NCBI GenBank assembly: GCA_964585475.1
Contig: CAZPDF010000001.1
Span: forward strand, 1,441 to 65,440
Direction: 5' to 3'
Length of the DNA: 64,000 bases
Origin: an uncultured Candidatus Saccharibacteria bacterium
GTDB lineage: Bacteria; Patescibacteriota; Minisyncoccia; Sungbacterales; HO2-52-23
The position numbers were made by a program, and so were the translations under genes. Of this stretch, positions 41,191 through 49,966 are shown piece by piece. How positions within the stretch are numbered: position 1 is the stretch's first letter; each line of letters begins with the position of its first letter. Under the pieces are notes generated by a model. It was not told the DNA's origin. It saw nothing but the letters and a program-made list of their open reading frames with translations, and made no database searches.

Positions 41191-42429
41191 ATGCGTTTTA
41201 CACATAATTTCAAAACCGCGTTTACCGGGCTTAAGACCCATAAATCCCGGTCTATTCTTACTATTCTCGGGATTGTGATTGGAATTACCGCCATCATTTT
41301 GGTCATGGCGGTGGGGCAAGGCGCCCAAGAATTGATTATTGGCCAAATTCAGGGGCTTGGGTCGCGTACCATAGCCGTGGTCCCGGGAAGACAGCCACGG
41401 GGGCCTTCCGACTTCGCGCAGATTTTCAGTGACTCACTTAAAGAAAAAGATTTGACGGCCCTCGAGCGTAAAGAGAATGTGCCGACCTTAAAGGAGATTA
41501 TGCCGGTGGTATTCGGGGGGGAGTCCGCCTCATACGAGGGCGAAACGTATCGGCTTACCATATTCGGCGCATCGGAGCTCATTTCAAAAATTTTTGATCT
41601 AGTCCCTGCCGAGGGTCGATTTTTTACTGATGACGACATAAAAAGCCGGGCCGATGTCGTGGTGATCGGAGCCAAAGTAAGGGACGAGCTTTTCGGCTCG
41701 TCAGATGCAATCGGTCAGAAAATAAAGATCAAGGAGAAAAGTTTTCGGGTGATAGGCATACTACCGAGAAAGGGACAAGTTTCTTTTTTCAATTTCGATG
41801 ATATGGCGATTGTGCCCTATACGACTGCTCAGCAGCTAATTTTTGGAATCAAGCACTTCCACCGTTTTATCATAGAGGCCGACTCTGAAGAAAATATCGC
41901 GCGGACCGTAAGAGACGTGAAGGAAACTCTGCGAAGTTCCCACGGCATTACCGATCCTCTGAAAGACGATTTCTTTGTTGAGACGCAAGCGGATCTTGTC
42001 GGCCGCCTGTCCACCGTTACTAACGTTCTTACCATACTTCTCGTCTCGGTTGCCGCGATCTCACTTCTTGTCGGCGGCATAGGCATCATGAATATAATGC
42101 TTGTTTCCGTAACCGAGAGGACGCGGGAAATTGGCCTGCGCAAGGCCGTGGGCGCAACCGAGAAAAATATTTTGACCCAATTTCTGCTTGAAGCGGTCAT
42201 GCTTACCGTAAGCGGCGGGATCGTCGGGATTGCGCTGGGAGCGCTTCTCTCCCTTGCGGCTTCCTTTATCTTGAGCCAATTCGTCGGCTTGAGCTGGAAA
42301 TTTACTTTTCCGATTTCAGCCGCACTGATAGGCCTGGCGGTCTCGACCTCTATCGGGATAATTTTTGGTATCTATCCTGCCCGTCAGGCCTCTTTAAAAA
42401 ACCCCATTGAAGCGCTACATTATGAGTAA
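41191..42429 (+). CDS. MacB/FtsX-family ABC transporter permease
   Basis: 412 aa with a MacB_PCD-like periplasmic domain between TM1 and TM2, and a C-terminal FtsX domain (REIGLRKAVGATEKNILTQFLLEA). Confidence 0.88.
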   Translation: MRFTHNFKTAFTGLKTHKSRSILTILGIVIGITAIILVMAVGQGAQELIIGQIQGLGSRTIAVVPGRQPRGPSDFAQIFSDSLKEKDLTALERKENVPTLKEIMPVVFGGESASYEGETYRLTIFGASELISKIFDLVPAEGRFFTDDDIKSRADVVVIGAKVRDELFGSSDAIGQKIKIKEKSFRVIGILPRKGQVSFFNFDDMAIVPYTTAQQLIFGIKHFHRFIIEADSEENIARTVRDVKETLRSSHGITDPLKDDFFVETQADLVGRLSTVTNVLTILLVSVAAISLLVGGIGIMNIMLVSVTERTREIGLRKAVGATEKNILTQFLLEAVMLTVSGGIVGIALGALLSLAASFILSQFVGLSWKFTFPISAALIGLAVSTSIGIIFGIYPARQASLKNPIEALHYE

Positions 42430-42441
42430 TCTCTACATTAG

Positions 42442-43080
42442 ATGGAATATTTTATAGGAATAGATCTTGCAGGGCTAATCGAAACCGTTGGCTATATCGG
42501 TATTTTTGCAATTGTATTTGCCGAATCAGGACTCCTGATAGGTTTTTTCCTGCCCGGTGACTCCCTGCTTTTTACGGCGGGGATTCTTGCATCGCAGGGA
42601 TATTTCAATATCGCGATATTGACGTTTCTTTGTTTTGCGGGAGCAGTTTTGGGCGATTCTTTTGGGTATGCTTTTGGCAGAAAAGCCGGACCGAAAATTT
42701 TTACGAAAGAGGATTCAATTCTTTTTCACAAATCTCATCTTGAGCGAGCCCGGCGGTATTATGAGAAGCATGGCGGGAAAACGATTATTCTTGCGCGTTT
42801 TGTACCGATCGTCCGTACGTTTGCGCCGATTCTCGCGGGAGTTGGCGGCATGCACTACAAGACCTTTCTGTCGTACAATGTTTTCGGCGGCCTTATCTGG
42901 GGGGCTGGCCTCACGCTCCTTGGGTATTTTCTCGGGAGCGTGATTCCGGACGTTGACCGCTTTTTTTTTCCTCTTATTGCCTCGATTATAGTTTTATCAT
43001 TCCTTCCGCCGGTTATACATGTGCTGCGTGATAAAGAGGAGAGGAGACAGATTTTAAAATTTTTAAAAATGAGAAAATAG
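42442..43080 (+). CDS. DedA/VTT-domain family membrane protein
   Basis: GLLIGFFLPGDSLLFTAGILA...ILARFVPIVRTFAPILAG. This is the second DedA paralog, again directly downstream of an ABC system. Confidence 0.85.
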   Translation: MEYFIGIDLAGLIETVGYIGIFAIVFAESGLLIGFFLPGDSLLFTAGILASQGYFNIAILTFLCFAGAVLGDSFGYAFGRKAGPKIFTKEDSILFHKSHLERARRYYEKHGGKTIILARFVPIVRTFAPILAGVGGMHYKTFLSYNVFGGLIWGAGLTLLGYFLGSVIPDVDRFFFPLIASIIVLSFLPPVIHVLRDKEERRQILKFLKMRK

Positions 43081-43095
43081 ATTACTATTTAGGTG

Positions 43096-43209
43096 GCCCA
43101 CGCACTAATTTCGTAAAGATGTTTATCTTATTGCGGTTAAACATTCGTGGTATCGCCTCCGGCTTACCTAGAGGCCAATAAATACTTATTGCTAAAATTA
43201 GTGCGGGGC
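43096..43209. repeat. CCCCGC-terminated long palindromic element
   Basis: Arms are gcccacgcactaattt / aaattagtgcggggc with one mismatch. The interior contains tcgcctccggctt, identical to 13 nt of the outer tRNA-like 3' end at 28737..28749. Confidence 0.6.
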
Positions 43210-43267
43210 ATAAGTTTTGTATCCAAAATTTCTTCGCTTAAGGGCTTTAAATTTTGGACAAAGCCTT

Positions 43268-44512
43268 ATGGATCACGAGGAAGCAAAAAAGCCAACCAAA
43301 TTTTTCGGACTTTCCCGGAACGTAATCTCCATGGGCGCGGTGAGTTTTTTAAACGATCTTTCCTCGGACATGATTTTTCCTTTTATTCCGATTTTTCTCA
43401 CAACGGTCCTTGGTGCCAGCGCTACATTTATCGGACTCATAGAGGGGATCGCGGATGCCACCGCCAGCATTTTGAAAATAGTTTCCGGCCGCCTCTCGGA
43501 TAAATGGAGGATTAGAAAACCATTTGCGGTTTTTGGCTATAGCTTGTCGGCGGCAGCAAAGCCCATTTTAGCTTTGGCTTCCGCACCCTGGCACGTTTTG
43601 GCAGTGCGGTTTTTGGATCGAGTGGGCAAAGGTACGCGCGACGCTCCGCGAGACGCGCTCCTTTCACTCTCGGCGGAGAAGCGGCATATCGGCCGTGCAT
43701 TCGGGTTCCACCGCGGAGCTGATACTTTAGGGGCGGCGCTCGGACCGCTGATCGCCTTTGCCGTTTTGCCATTTCTTGGAGGTGAGAGCGAGTCGGGGTT
43801 TCGCAATCTTTTTCTTCTCTCATTTGTAGCGAGCTTTTTTGCGGTACTTATTCTTAAGTTTTCGGTCCGTGAAGTTCGTAATAATATCGATGGCAAAGAA
43901 CCGCTTTTTCCGCCGAAATTTAGATTTAAGTATCTCGGCGTACCCTTTCTTATTTTCCTCGCTGCGGCAACTATTTTTTCTCTGGGAAAGGCCTCGGAGG
44001 CGTTTTTGCTACTCCGCGCGCAGGGACTGGGCGTTGCGATAATGCTTCTTCCGATAATTTATTTTGTGTATAACATCACTTTTGCTCTTTTCTCCACTCC
44101 TGCCGGTATGCTCTCGGATAAAATTGGGCACCGCAATACTTTTATGATCGGGATGCTTATTTTTTCCGGGACTTATTTTTTGTTCGCCCAAGCCACCTCG
44201 TCTCTTGCCATGTGGATTCTTTTCGCTGTCTACGGGTTTTATAGCGCATTTACCGAGGGAGTGGGGCGCGCCATAGTAGCGGATCTTGTGGAGGAAAAAT
44301 TCCGAGCAACCGCCTACGGAATGTACAGCGCCTTCACCGGTTTTGCGCTTCTGCCGGCAAGTCTGGTTTTCGGCATTTTGTGGGATCGCTTCGGGCCCAG
44401 CGTTTCATTCCAGTACGGCGCAATCCTCGGCCTTATCGCGTTCGTAATATTTCTTTTCCTGCGTTTGAAAAATCATCAGAAAGAGATGAATGCCGCATCA
44501 ACACGAAGCTAA
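43268..44512 (+). CDS. MFS transporter
   Basis: ORF track gives 43217..44512. I trimmed the start to the Met after the palindromic element. It has about 12 TM helices and the motif-A-like SGRLSDKWRIRKP. Confidence 0.8.
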   Translation: MDHEEAKKPTKFFGLSRNVISMGAVSFLNDLSSDMIFPFIPIFLTTVLGASATFIGLIEGIADATASILKIVSGRLSDKWRIRKPFAVFGYSLSAAAKPILALASAPWHVLAVRFLDRVGKGTRDAPRDALLSLSAEKRHIGRAFGFHRGADTLGAALGPLIAFAVLPFLGGESESGFRNLFLLSFVASFFAVLILKFSVREVRNNIDGKEPLFPPKFRFKYLGVPFLIFLAAATIFSLGKASEAFLLLRAQGLGVAIMLLPIIYFVYNITFALFSTPAGMLSDKIGHRNTFMIGMLIFSGTYFLFAQATSSLAMWILFAVYGFYSAFTEGVGRAIVADLVEEKFRATAYGMYSAFTGFALLPASLVFGILWDRFGPSVSFQYGAILGLIAFVIFLFLRLKNHQKEMNAASTRS

Positions 44513-44530
44513 GGTTAGAATAACAAAGTT

Positions 44531-45271
44531 ATGGATAAGGATAAAATTTATCAACAAATCCTGAAAGAGGCAGAATCTGATTCCGACGTCATCGGCTTTG
44601 TGCTTGGTGCTGGTAGGGGCAAAGGAATTGTTGGTGAGTACTCAGACTATGATATTGCTATTATTGTTTCTGATGAGTTGAAAGCTGAGTATGTAGAAAA
44701 GTACGAAAAGAAATACCACCAGACCGAGATTATCGATATTGGAGTTTATTCCTTGACTGACTATAAGAATTACGCACAATGGGGCGCTCCCGATGCTCCC
44801 CATCGGTACAACTTTGCTTATCTGAAAGCTGTAATAGACAGAACAGGTGAAATTCAAAAAATAATCGACGCCAAAGGGGTAATACCGCCGGACAAAGTTA
44901 AAGAGTTCGTTGCCGCAGAACTGGATGGTTACATGAACTACTATTATCGAGCCGTTAAAAATTATCGTGATGGTAATATGACCGCCAGCCGATTAGACGC
45001 CGCCGAATCGATGGTCCCGCTCCTAGTGACATTATTCGGAGCAGAAGGTAGATTACGACCCTATAACAAGTATCTCGAATGGGATCTTAAAAATCACCCT
45101 TTAAAATTTTTGCCGTGGCCAGTAGACGAATTTATAGAAAAGATAATAAAAATCATGACGACGGGCGACATCAAAACCCAAAAGGAAATTTTCGAGAAAG
45201 TTTGCGAATTATTCAGAGCTCAAGGATACGGTGAGGTTATTGACGGATGGAAAGGGTACTATTTGGGTTAA
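44531..45271 (+). CDS. nucleotidyltransferase-domain protein (ANT(6)/Lnu-like architecture)
   Basis: 246 aa. GAGRGKGIVGEYSDYDIAIIVSD resembles the G-S ... DxD minimal nucleotidyltransferase motif of aminoglycoside/lincosamide nucleotidyltransferases. The gene is visibly more AT-rich than its neighbours. Confidence 0.55.
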   Translation: MDKDKIYQQILKEAESDSDVIGFVLGAGRGKGIVGEYSDYDIAIIVSDELKAEYVEKYEKKYHQTEIIDIGVYSLTDYKNYAQWGAPDAPHRYNFAYLKAVIDRTGEIQKIIDAKGVIPPDKVKEFVAAELDGYMNYYYRAVKNYRDGNMTASRLDAAESMVPLLVTLFGAEGRLRPYNKYLEWDLKNHPLKFLPWPVDEFIEKIIKIMTTGDIKTQKEIFEKVCELFRAQGYGEVIDGWKGYYLG

Positions 45272-45438
45272 AGCTGGTCTCTGCTGAGACCCCTCAATAA
45301 GTAGGAGTGAGTAGGGGGTCGCAGTTTGCCGCTTATTCAATAGAACTGTTATAAGCTTCATGTGCGAAAGACCCCTTGTGGGGTTTAAATACTTTATATA
45401 TAATCGGACTATAACTATCCGAGTACTATAAGAATACT

Positions 45439-45726
45439 ATGAAAAGAAAGTTTGATTATGCACTAGTTCTTGTTGAATGCCTCAAGAAAAGAAGCGGTGA
45501 ATTTATAGGCGTAAAGACGGTCGCGAAAGAATTTCGGCTTCCCGAAGCATACCTTGAGAAAGTGGCACAGGAGCTCAAGCGCGCCGGATGGCTTGAGGGG
45601 CGGAGAGGTGCTGGCGGAGGATATCGGCTTTTAAAGGATCCCGCCGCTGTTTCAGTGGAGAACCTGATCAATTTCTACGAGCCCGTTTACTCGTTTTGCC
45701 CGCTTCTTAGGGAGCTAAAAAAATGA
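45439..45726 (+). CDS. Rrf2-family transcriptional regulator (short, IscR/NsrR-like)
   Basis: FDYALVLVECLKKRSGEFIGVKTVAKEFRLPEAYLEKVAQELKRAGWLEGRRGAGGGYRL. It overlaps nifS by 4 nt. Confidence 0.8.
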   Translation: MKRKFDYALVLVECLKKRSGEFIGVKTVAKEFRLPEAYLEKVAQELKRAGWLEGRRGAGGGYRLLKDPAAVSVENLINFYEPVYSFCPLLRELKK

Positions 45727-47042
45727 GAGAAGTATACTTAGACCATGCCGCTACTACTTATTTGGACCCACGGGTAAAGGAAGCGATGGAGCCATATTGG
45801 ACGGAGGACTTTGGTAATCCATCAAGCTTGTATAGAGGCGGGAGGCGTGCCAAAGAAGCGTTGGATAAAGCGCGCGAAACCATTGCGCAGATTTTGAATT
45901 GCAAGCCCGAGGAGCTGATTTTTACAGGAGGAGGAACTGAGGCAATAAACTTGGCGATCTTTGGATCGGCTAAGCAATACGGACTCCCGTTCCAGACTAA
46001 GTCTGGAACGGATGGCAGACTTAGTCCGGAACGCAGGGGTAATCTCGTAACTTCAAAAATTGAGCATCATGCCGTCCTGCATAGCATGGAGGCCTTGGGC
46101 AAGGAGGGGTTTGAAATAACCCATCTTGATGTTGACGAATATGGGCTGGTCAACCCGGAGCATGTGAGAGAAGCAATCCGGCAGGACACGATTTTAGTTT
46201 CTATAATGTATGCGAATAACGAGATCGGGACGATCGAGCCGATCGAGGAAATAGGAAAAGTGATTAAAGAAGCGCGCGAGGCGCGAAAGAAGGAAGGAAA
46301 CGCGACTCCGATTTTTTTCCATACCGATGCTTGCCAGGCCGCAGGGGCACTGGATTTAGACGTCCAGAAACTAGGGCTAGATCTACTTGCGATCAACGGC
46401 TCAAAAATTTACGGGCCAAAAGGGGTGGGCTGCCTTTTTATCCGCAGAGGAGTGCGCGTTAAGCCCCTGATTTACGGCGGAGGACAGGAGAATAATTTGC
46501 GGTCCGGCACAGAAAATGTTCCGGGAATTATCGGTTTTGCGAAGGCCCTGGAACTTGCGCACATGGAACGAGAAAAAGAAAACGCTCGTCTCAGTGAATT
46601 GCGGGATTATCTTCTGGTACGGCTTCTAAAAGAAATTCCCAAAACGGTTCTCAACGGCCATCCAGCGAAGCGGCTTCCCAATAACATAAATGTGTCAGTG
46701 CTCGACATTGAAGGGGAGGCGGTTATTCTTTATCTGGATGCCAAAGGAATTTATGTTTCCACCGGATCCGCCTGCGCATCCACCAGCCTTGATCCCTCGC
46801 ATGTCATTTTGGCGATAGGCCGGCCGTATGAATACGCCCACGCGTCGCTGCGCTTTACGCTTGGTAGGAGAACTGCCAAAGAAGATCTGGATTATGTTAT
46901 GGAAGTTTTTCCTGGAGTTGTGGAGAAATTACGAAAAATTAGTCCCCTGCGAATAGAAGTAGGACAGATGACGGTGAGTCATCCGGAAGCATTTGCGGGG
47001 CAAGGGTCGAAAGTGAAAGTTGGAGGGAAGAATTATAAGTAA
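45723..47042 (+). CDS. nifS: cysteine desulfurase (NifS/IscS type)
   Basis: LDHAATT, FTGGGTEAINLAI, HHAVL, HTDACQAAG, INGSKIYGPKGVG (the PLP lysine), RSGTENVPGI and the active-site STGSACAS. Confidence 0.9.
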   Translation: MREVYLDHAATTYLDPRVKEAMEPYWTEDFGNPSSLYRGGRRAKEALDKARETIAQILNCKPEELIFTGGGTEAINLAIFGSAKQYGLPFQTKSGTDGRLSPERRGNLVTSKIEHHAVLHSMEALGKEGFEITHLDVDEYGLVNPEHVREAIRQDTILVSIMYANNEIGTIEPIEEIGKVIKEAREARKKEGNATPIFFHTDACQAAGALDLDVQKLGLDLLAINGSKIYGPKGVGCLFIRRGVRVKPLIYGGGQENNLRSGTENVPGIIGFAKALELAHMEREKENARLSELRDYLLVRLLKEIPKTVLNGHPAKRLPNNINVSVLDIEGEAVILYLDAKGIYVSTGSACASTSLDPSHVILAIGRPYEYAHASLRFTLGRRTAKEDLDYVMEVFPGVVEKLRKISPLRIEVGQMTVSHPEAFAGQGSKVKVGGKNYK

Positions 47043-47102
47043 AGGGCTTTCTCTAAATTTTCGAGTTCGTAGAACGAAGAAAATTTAGCTAGAAAACCTT
47101 TA

Positions 47103-47370
47103 CCGAGCACTCAATTTATTCTGCTATGTATTATGTCTATGTGATTCGTAATCGGAAGTCGCGGGAAACCTATATCGGTTATTCCGACGACTTGAAACGG
47201 AGGTTACGAGAACACAAGGATAAAAATCCGGAGCTTCTGTATTACGAAGCATACAAAAGCGAGAAGGATGCAAGGATACGGGAGAAAAAGCTGAAGCAGC
47301 GGGGGACAAAGCATCCGCTGGCTCAAAGAAAGATTGAAGTACAGTTTAGCAGAATAAATTGAGTGCTCGG
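47103..47370 (+). mobile_element. GIY-YIG gene cassette bounded by perfect 23-bp inverted repeats
   Basis: ccgagcactcaatttattctgct (47103..47125) and agcagaataaattgagtgctcgg (47348..47370) are exact reverse complements. The ATG follows the left repeat directly, and the stop codon lies inside the right repeat. Confidence 0.6.
47126..47362 (+). CDS. GIY-YIG nuclease superfamily small protein
   Basis: 78 aa. MYYVYVIRNRKSRETYIGYSDDLKRRLREH contains the GIY-(10)-YIG motif plus the conserved Arg and Glu. Confidence 0.8.
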   Translation: MYYVYVIRNRKSRETYIGYSDDLKRRLREHKDKNPELLYYEAYKSEKDARIREKKLKQRGTKHPLAQRKIEVQFSRIN

Positions 47371-47465
47371 TGCTCAATGCTGTTACCAAATTTTCTTCAC
47401 CGTTGGTTCGAAAATTTGGACATCATTGGCAAATAATAAAAAAGAGGGGCATGTCGCCCCTGAGT

Positions 47466-47720
47466 TTAGTGGAGATAGGATCCGAGGTCTTTCTCGCGGA
47501 AATGCTTCGTGAGGTCGCTCTCCGACGTGATGACAAAATTGGCGAGGCGCGGATTTTTTTCCTTGATTTTCACCCCCGCAACGGCAGCAGCGATTTCTTC
47601 GACGGCTTCCTCAAGTTCTCGCCACGCCCGCTCGAATCTTTCCTGAAGCATTTCGCGTGTGAAAGAATTCGGAAGCGGCGGTTTATTCTTCCAGATGACG
47701 TACTCGTACGGGGCCGTCAC
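47466..47720 (-). CDS. hypothetical protein (downstream gene of a two-gene minus-strand pair)
   Basis: 84-aa ORF whose start lies 1 nt from the stop of 47722..48129. Its composition is normal, unlike the Arg-rich + strand ORFs covering it. Confidence 0.5.
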   Translation of the reverse strand: MTAPYEYVIWKNKPPLPNSFTREMLQERFERAWRELEEAVEEIAAAVAGVKIKEKNPRLANFVITSESDLTKHFREKDLGSYLH

Positions 47721-47721
47721 G

Positions 47722-48129
47722 TTAATCCGGTATCAGATGCGTCCGATGCTCGCCATCGCAGCAGGGGCGCACGCACGTTTCCGTACCCGGCGTATCTTCC
47801 GGATCTTTTTCAGGAATCAATTGTGCCGAAGCAACTTCTCGCTCGTCATCCAGAAGCCCGACGTGAGTAAGGTACATAGAAAGAATGGTTGCGGAAGGCA
47901 TACCGGCTCGGAGTCCTTTACAGTCGATACTTTCTGGAATGTGGCTGTGCAGGGCGAAGAGTGTGCTCTTGGGCATGGTAATTCTGAAAGTTTCTGTCTC
48001 CGCCTCCTTCACTACTTCTATGCCGAGACGCTGTTTTCCCGAAAGATCCGGGAAAAAAGGAACGAACTGCAGCTTGAATTCGTCTTTCCTGCGGAGAGTC
48101 ACCCTGACCCCTACTTTTGCGGTATCCAT
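47722..48129 (-). CDS. hypothetical protein (upstream gene of the pair)
   Basis: ORF track gives 47722..48153. I prefer the Met at 48129 (MDTAKVGVRV...), which is preceded by AAGGAGGGACTG. A TTGACT-17-TATCCT promoter-like sequence lies upstream on the minus strand. Confidence 0.5.
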   Translation of the reverse strand: MDTAKVGVRVTLRRKDEFKLQFVPFFPDLSGKQRLGIEVVKEAETETFRITMPKSTLFALHSHIPESIDCKGLRAGMPSATILSMYLTHVGLLDDEREVASAQLIPEKDPEDTPGTETCVRPCCDGEHRTHLIPD

Positions 48130-48218
48130 CAGTCCCTCCTTGGCGAGAAACAAGCTTATAAAAGGATACCATGTAAGCTATAGAAAGTCAATTTTATTTA
48201 TAACAAACAAATAAAGAT

Positions 48219-48911
48219 ATGAGTCCAGAAGAAAAAGGAACATCACCGGTGACGAAGCCGAAAGTCGATACGAAGGCAGATGTGATAAACCAATTCACCG
48301 GAGAAAAGTGGTACTACACGGATATCGTAAAGGAGCATTTTTTTAATCCCCGGAATTTGATGTTGGAAGATCCGGACGAGTCGCAGTATGACGCGGTGGG
48401 AATGGTCGGGAGCGCTGCCTGCGGAGACATGATGAAGATGTGGCTGAAGATTGAGCCGGAAACGGAAAAAGTAAAAGAAATGAAGTGGCGTACTTTTGGT
48501 TGCGGCAGTGCGATTGCCGCGACCTCGATGTTTAGTGTGATGGTCACGGAAAATGGAGGCGTTCCGATCGGTGAGGCATTAAAAATAAAGCCCCAGCATA
48601 TTATGGAGCGCCTCGGCGGCTTGCCCAATCGTAAAATCCATTGCTCGGTTCTGGCTGACAAAGCTTTCCGCAAAGCCGCGAACGAATATTTCCGCAGGAC
48701 AGGACAAGTCGGTCGTATTATAATAGAAGGAGCGCGTGTGATTGACCCTAAACTTAACATGACGGATAAGGATATTGAGGAGGCGGTTTTAGAAGGCGCG
48801 ACAGATTTAGAATCTGTGCAGAAAAAATTAAAAATCGGGATCGGGTCCCCGGAGATCATTCCGGAAGTCGAGCAACTTATCAGATTTTATAAAGAGAAAT
48901 ATTATGGTTAG
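48219..48911 (+). CDS. nifU: NifU/IscU-type Fe-S cluster scaffold protein
   Basis: The three scaffold cysteines are in GSAACGDMMKMW, FGCGSAIA and KIHCSVLA. A C-terminal extension is present. Confidence 0.88.
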   Translation: MSPEEKGTSPVTKPKVDTKADVINQFTGEKWYYTDIVKEHFFNPRNLMLEDPDESQYDAVGMVGSAACGDMMKMWLKIEPETEKVKEMKWRTFGCGSAIAATSMFSVMVTENGGVPIGEALKIKPQHIMERLGGLPNRKIHCSVLADKAFRKAANEYFRRTGQVGRIIIEGARVIDPKLNMTDKDIEEAVLEGATDLESVQKKLKIGIGSPEIIPEVEQLIRFYKEKYYG

Positions 48912-48962
48912 TCATAATATTTCTTGTAAATTAAAATGACAGCCCAGCGGCTGCCAAGTATA

Positions 48963-49424
48963 CTATGACGCAGAGAGTATGGCGATATCGCCTTTTATAG
49001 TATTGCGAATTGCGGTTTTGTCGCTTTCCGGATCTTCAAGTTCTCGAATACGCCTTTCAAAAGTCGGTATGTAGCGGATTACCGACGGAGGGTTTGAGGC
49101 CAGCGCCTGAAGGACCCTTCCCGCATGCGAGGAGTCAAGGGCGTCAAGTTTTTTCAGCACCTCATAAAGCCGCCCGCAGTTTTCAAGATTCGAGGATGAT
49201 CCGAGGTCGAAGACATACTCCATTGAATATCCAAGATACTTAAGGTTTTCCGGATTCTCTTTAGCCATCGCGATAAGACTGTCTTGATTAGGTAGCCACA
49301 CGTCTAAGACGTAGAAAGGATCAAATATAAATGCTTTAAGTATATTTATAGGCCAGCCAGCATTAAATTCCTCTAGCGCCTTGAGTATTGAAAAGAGCTT
49401 ATCGCATTTTTGGAAAGTAACCAA
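48963..49424 (-). CDS. hypothetical protein
   Basis: 153-aa ORF with no recognisable motif. Confidence 0.55.
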   Translation of the reverse strand: MVTFQKCDKLFSILKALEEFNAGWPINILKAFIFDPFYVLDVWLPNQDSLIAMAKENPENLKYLGYSMEYVFDLGSSSNLENCGRLYEVLKKLDALDSSHAGRVLQALASNPPSVIRYIPTFERRIRELEDPESDKTAIRNTIKGDIAILSAS

Positions 49425-49492
49425 GGGAAATCACCCCGTCTTTCCCAATTTATCAGTAGACCAGCGTGCTTAATCCAGATTAGCATGTTAAT

Positions 49493-49621
49493 GAACTGGT
49501 AGCGAGTAAACCCACAAACGTCATTCTGAGCGTAGCGAAGAATCTCTATATTTGTGTCTAAGAGATCCTTCACTTCGTTCAGGATGACAGCTAGAAATGT
49601 CGTGTTACTCGCTACCAGTTC
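49493..49621. repeat. GTCATTCTGAGCG-AGCGAAGAATCTC nested hairpin repeat, copy 2
   Basis: Outer arms are gaactggtagcgagtaa / ttactcgctaccagttc. Inner arms are gtcattctgagcgtagcgaagaatctct (49520..49547) / agagatccttcacttcgttcaggatgac (49561..49588). It ends 6 nt before the ferredoxin ATG. Confidence 0.7.
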
Positions 49622-49627
49622 AATAGA

Positions 49628-49891
49628 ATGGATCAAGATCCAGCCGAAAATCTACAGGAATCCAAAAAACCCCTCAAGATAGGGAAGATTGTAGTTGATA
49701 GAAATTTGTGTATTGGCGCGGCATCCTGTATTGCCGTTGCTCCCGGAGTGTTCGAGCTTGATTCCGAAAATAAGGCAATCGTGTATAATGAAAAAGGAGC
49801 GGATGATGAGACCATACTTTTGGCCGCAAAGTCCTGCCCCACGCAAGCTATATTGGTGTTTGATGAGGAAGGCAATCAAATATTTCCTTAG
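49628..49891 (+). CDS. small single-cluster ferredoxin
   Basis: 87 aa. VVDRNLCIGAASCIAVAPGVFELD...AAKSCPTQAI. Confidence 0.8.
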   Translation: MDQDPAENLQESKKPLKIGKIVVDRNLCIGAASCIAVAPGVFELDSENKAIVYNEKGADDETILLAAKSCPTQAILVFDEEGNQIFP

Positions 49892-49966
49892 AAGTAACGA
49901 ATTTCCGCGAATTCGAAACGAATTTACACGAATCACGAATTATTCGCGTTGATTCGTTTAAAAAGT

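Noticed and set aside
39025-41346. Minus-strand ORFs over the HlyD and MacB genes (39025..39456, 39553..40044, 39716..40393, 40669..41346)
   Set aside because: The sense-strand genes have unambiguous family motifs. The antisense translations are low-complexity.
38891-42429. Treating the HlyD-MacB three-gene cluster as a novel secretion or defence system
   Set aside because: The gene order and motifs are those of ordinary MacAB-type tripartite-like exporters that are common in many bacteria. Nothing in the sequence sets it apart.
47370-48214. Plus-strand ORFs 47370..47870, 47659..48183 and 47885..48214
   Set aside because: Their composition is Arg/Ser/Pro-rich and they mutually overlap in different frames. 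The minus-strand pair has an RBS, a promoter and normal composition. Confidence in the minus-strand genes is still only moderate.
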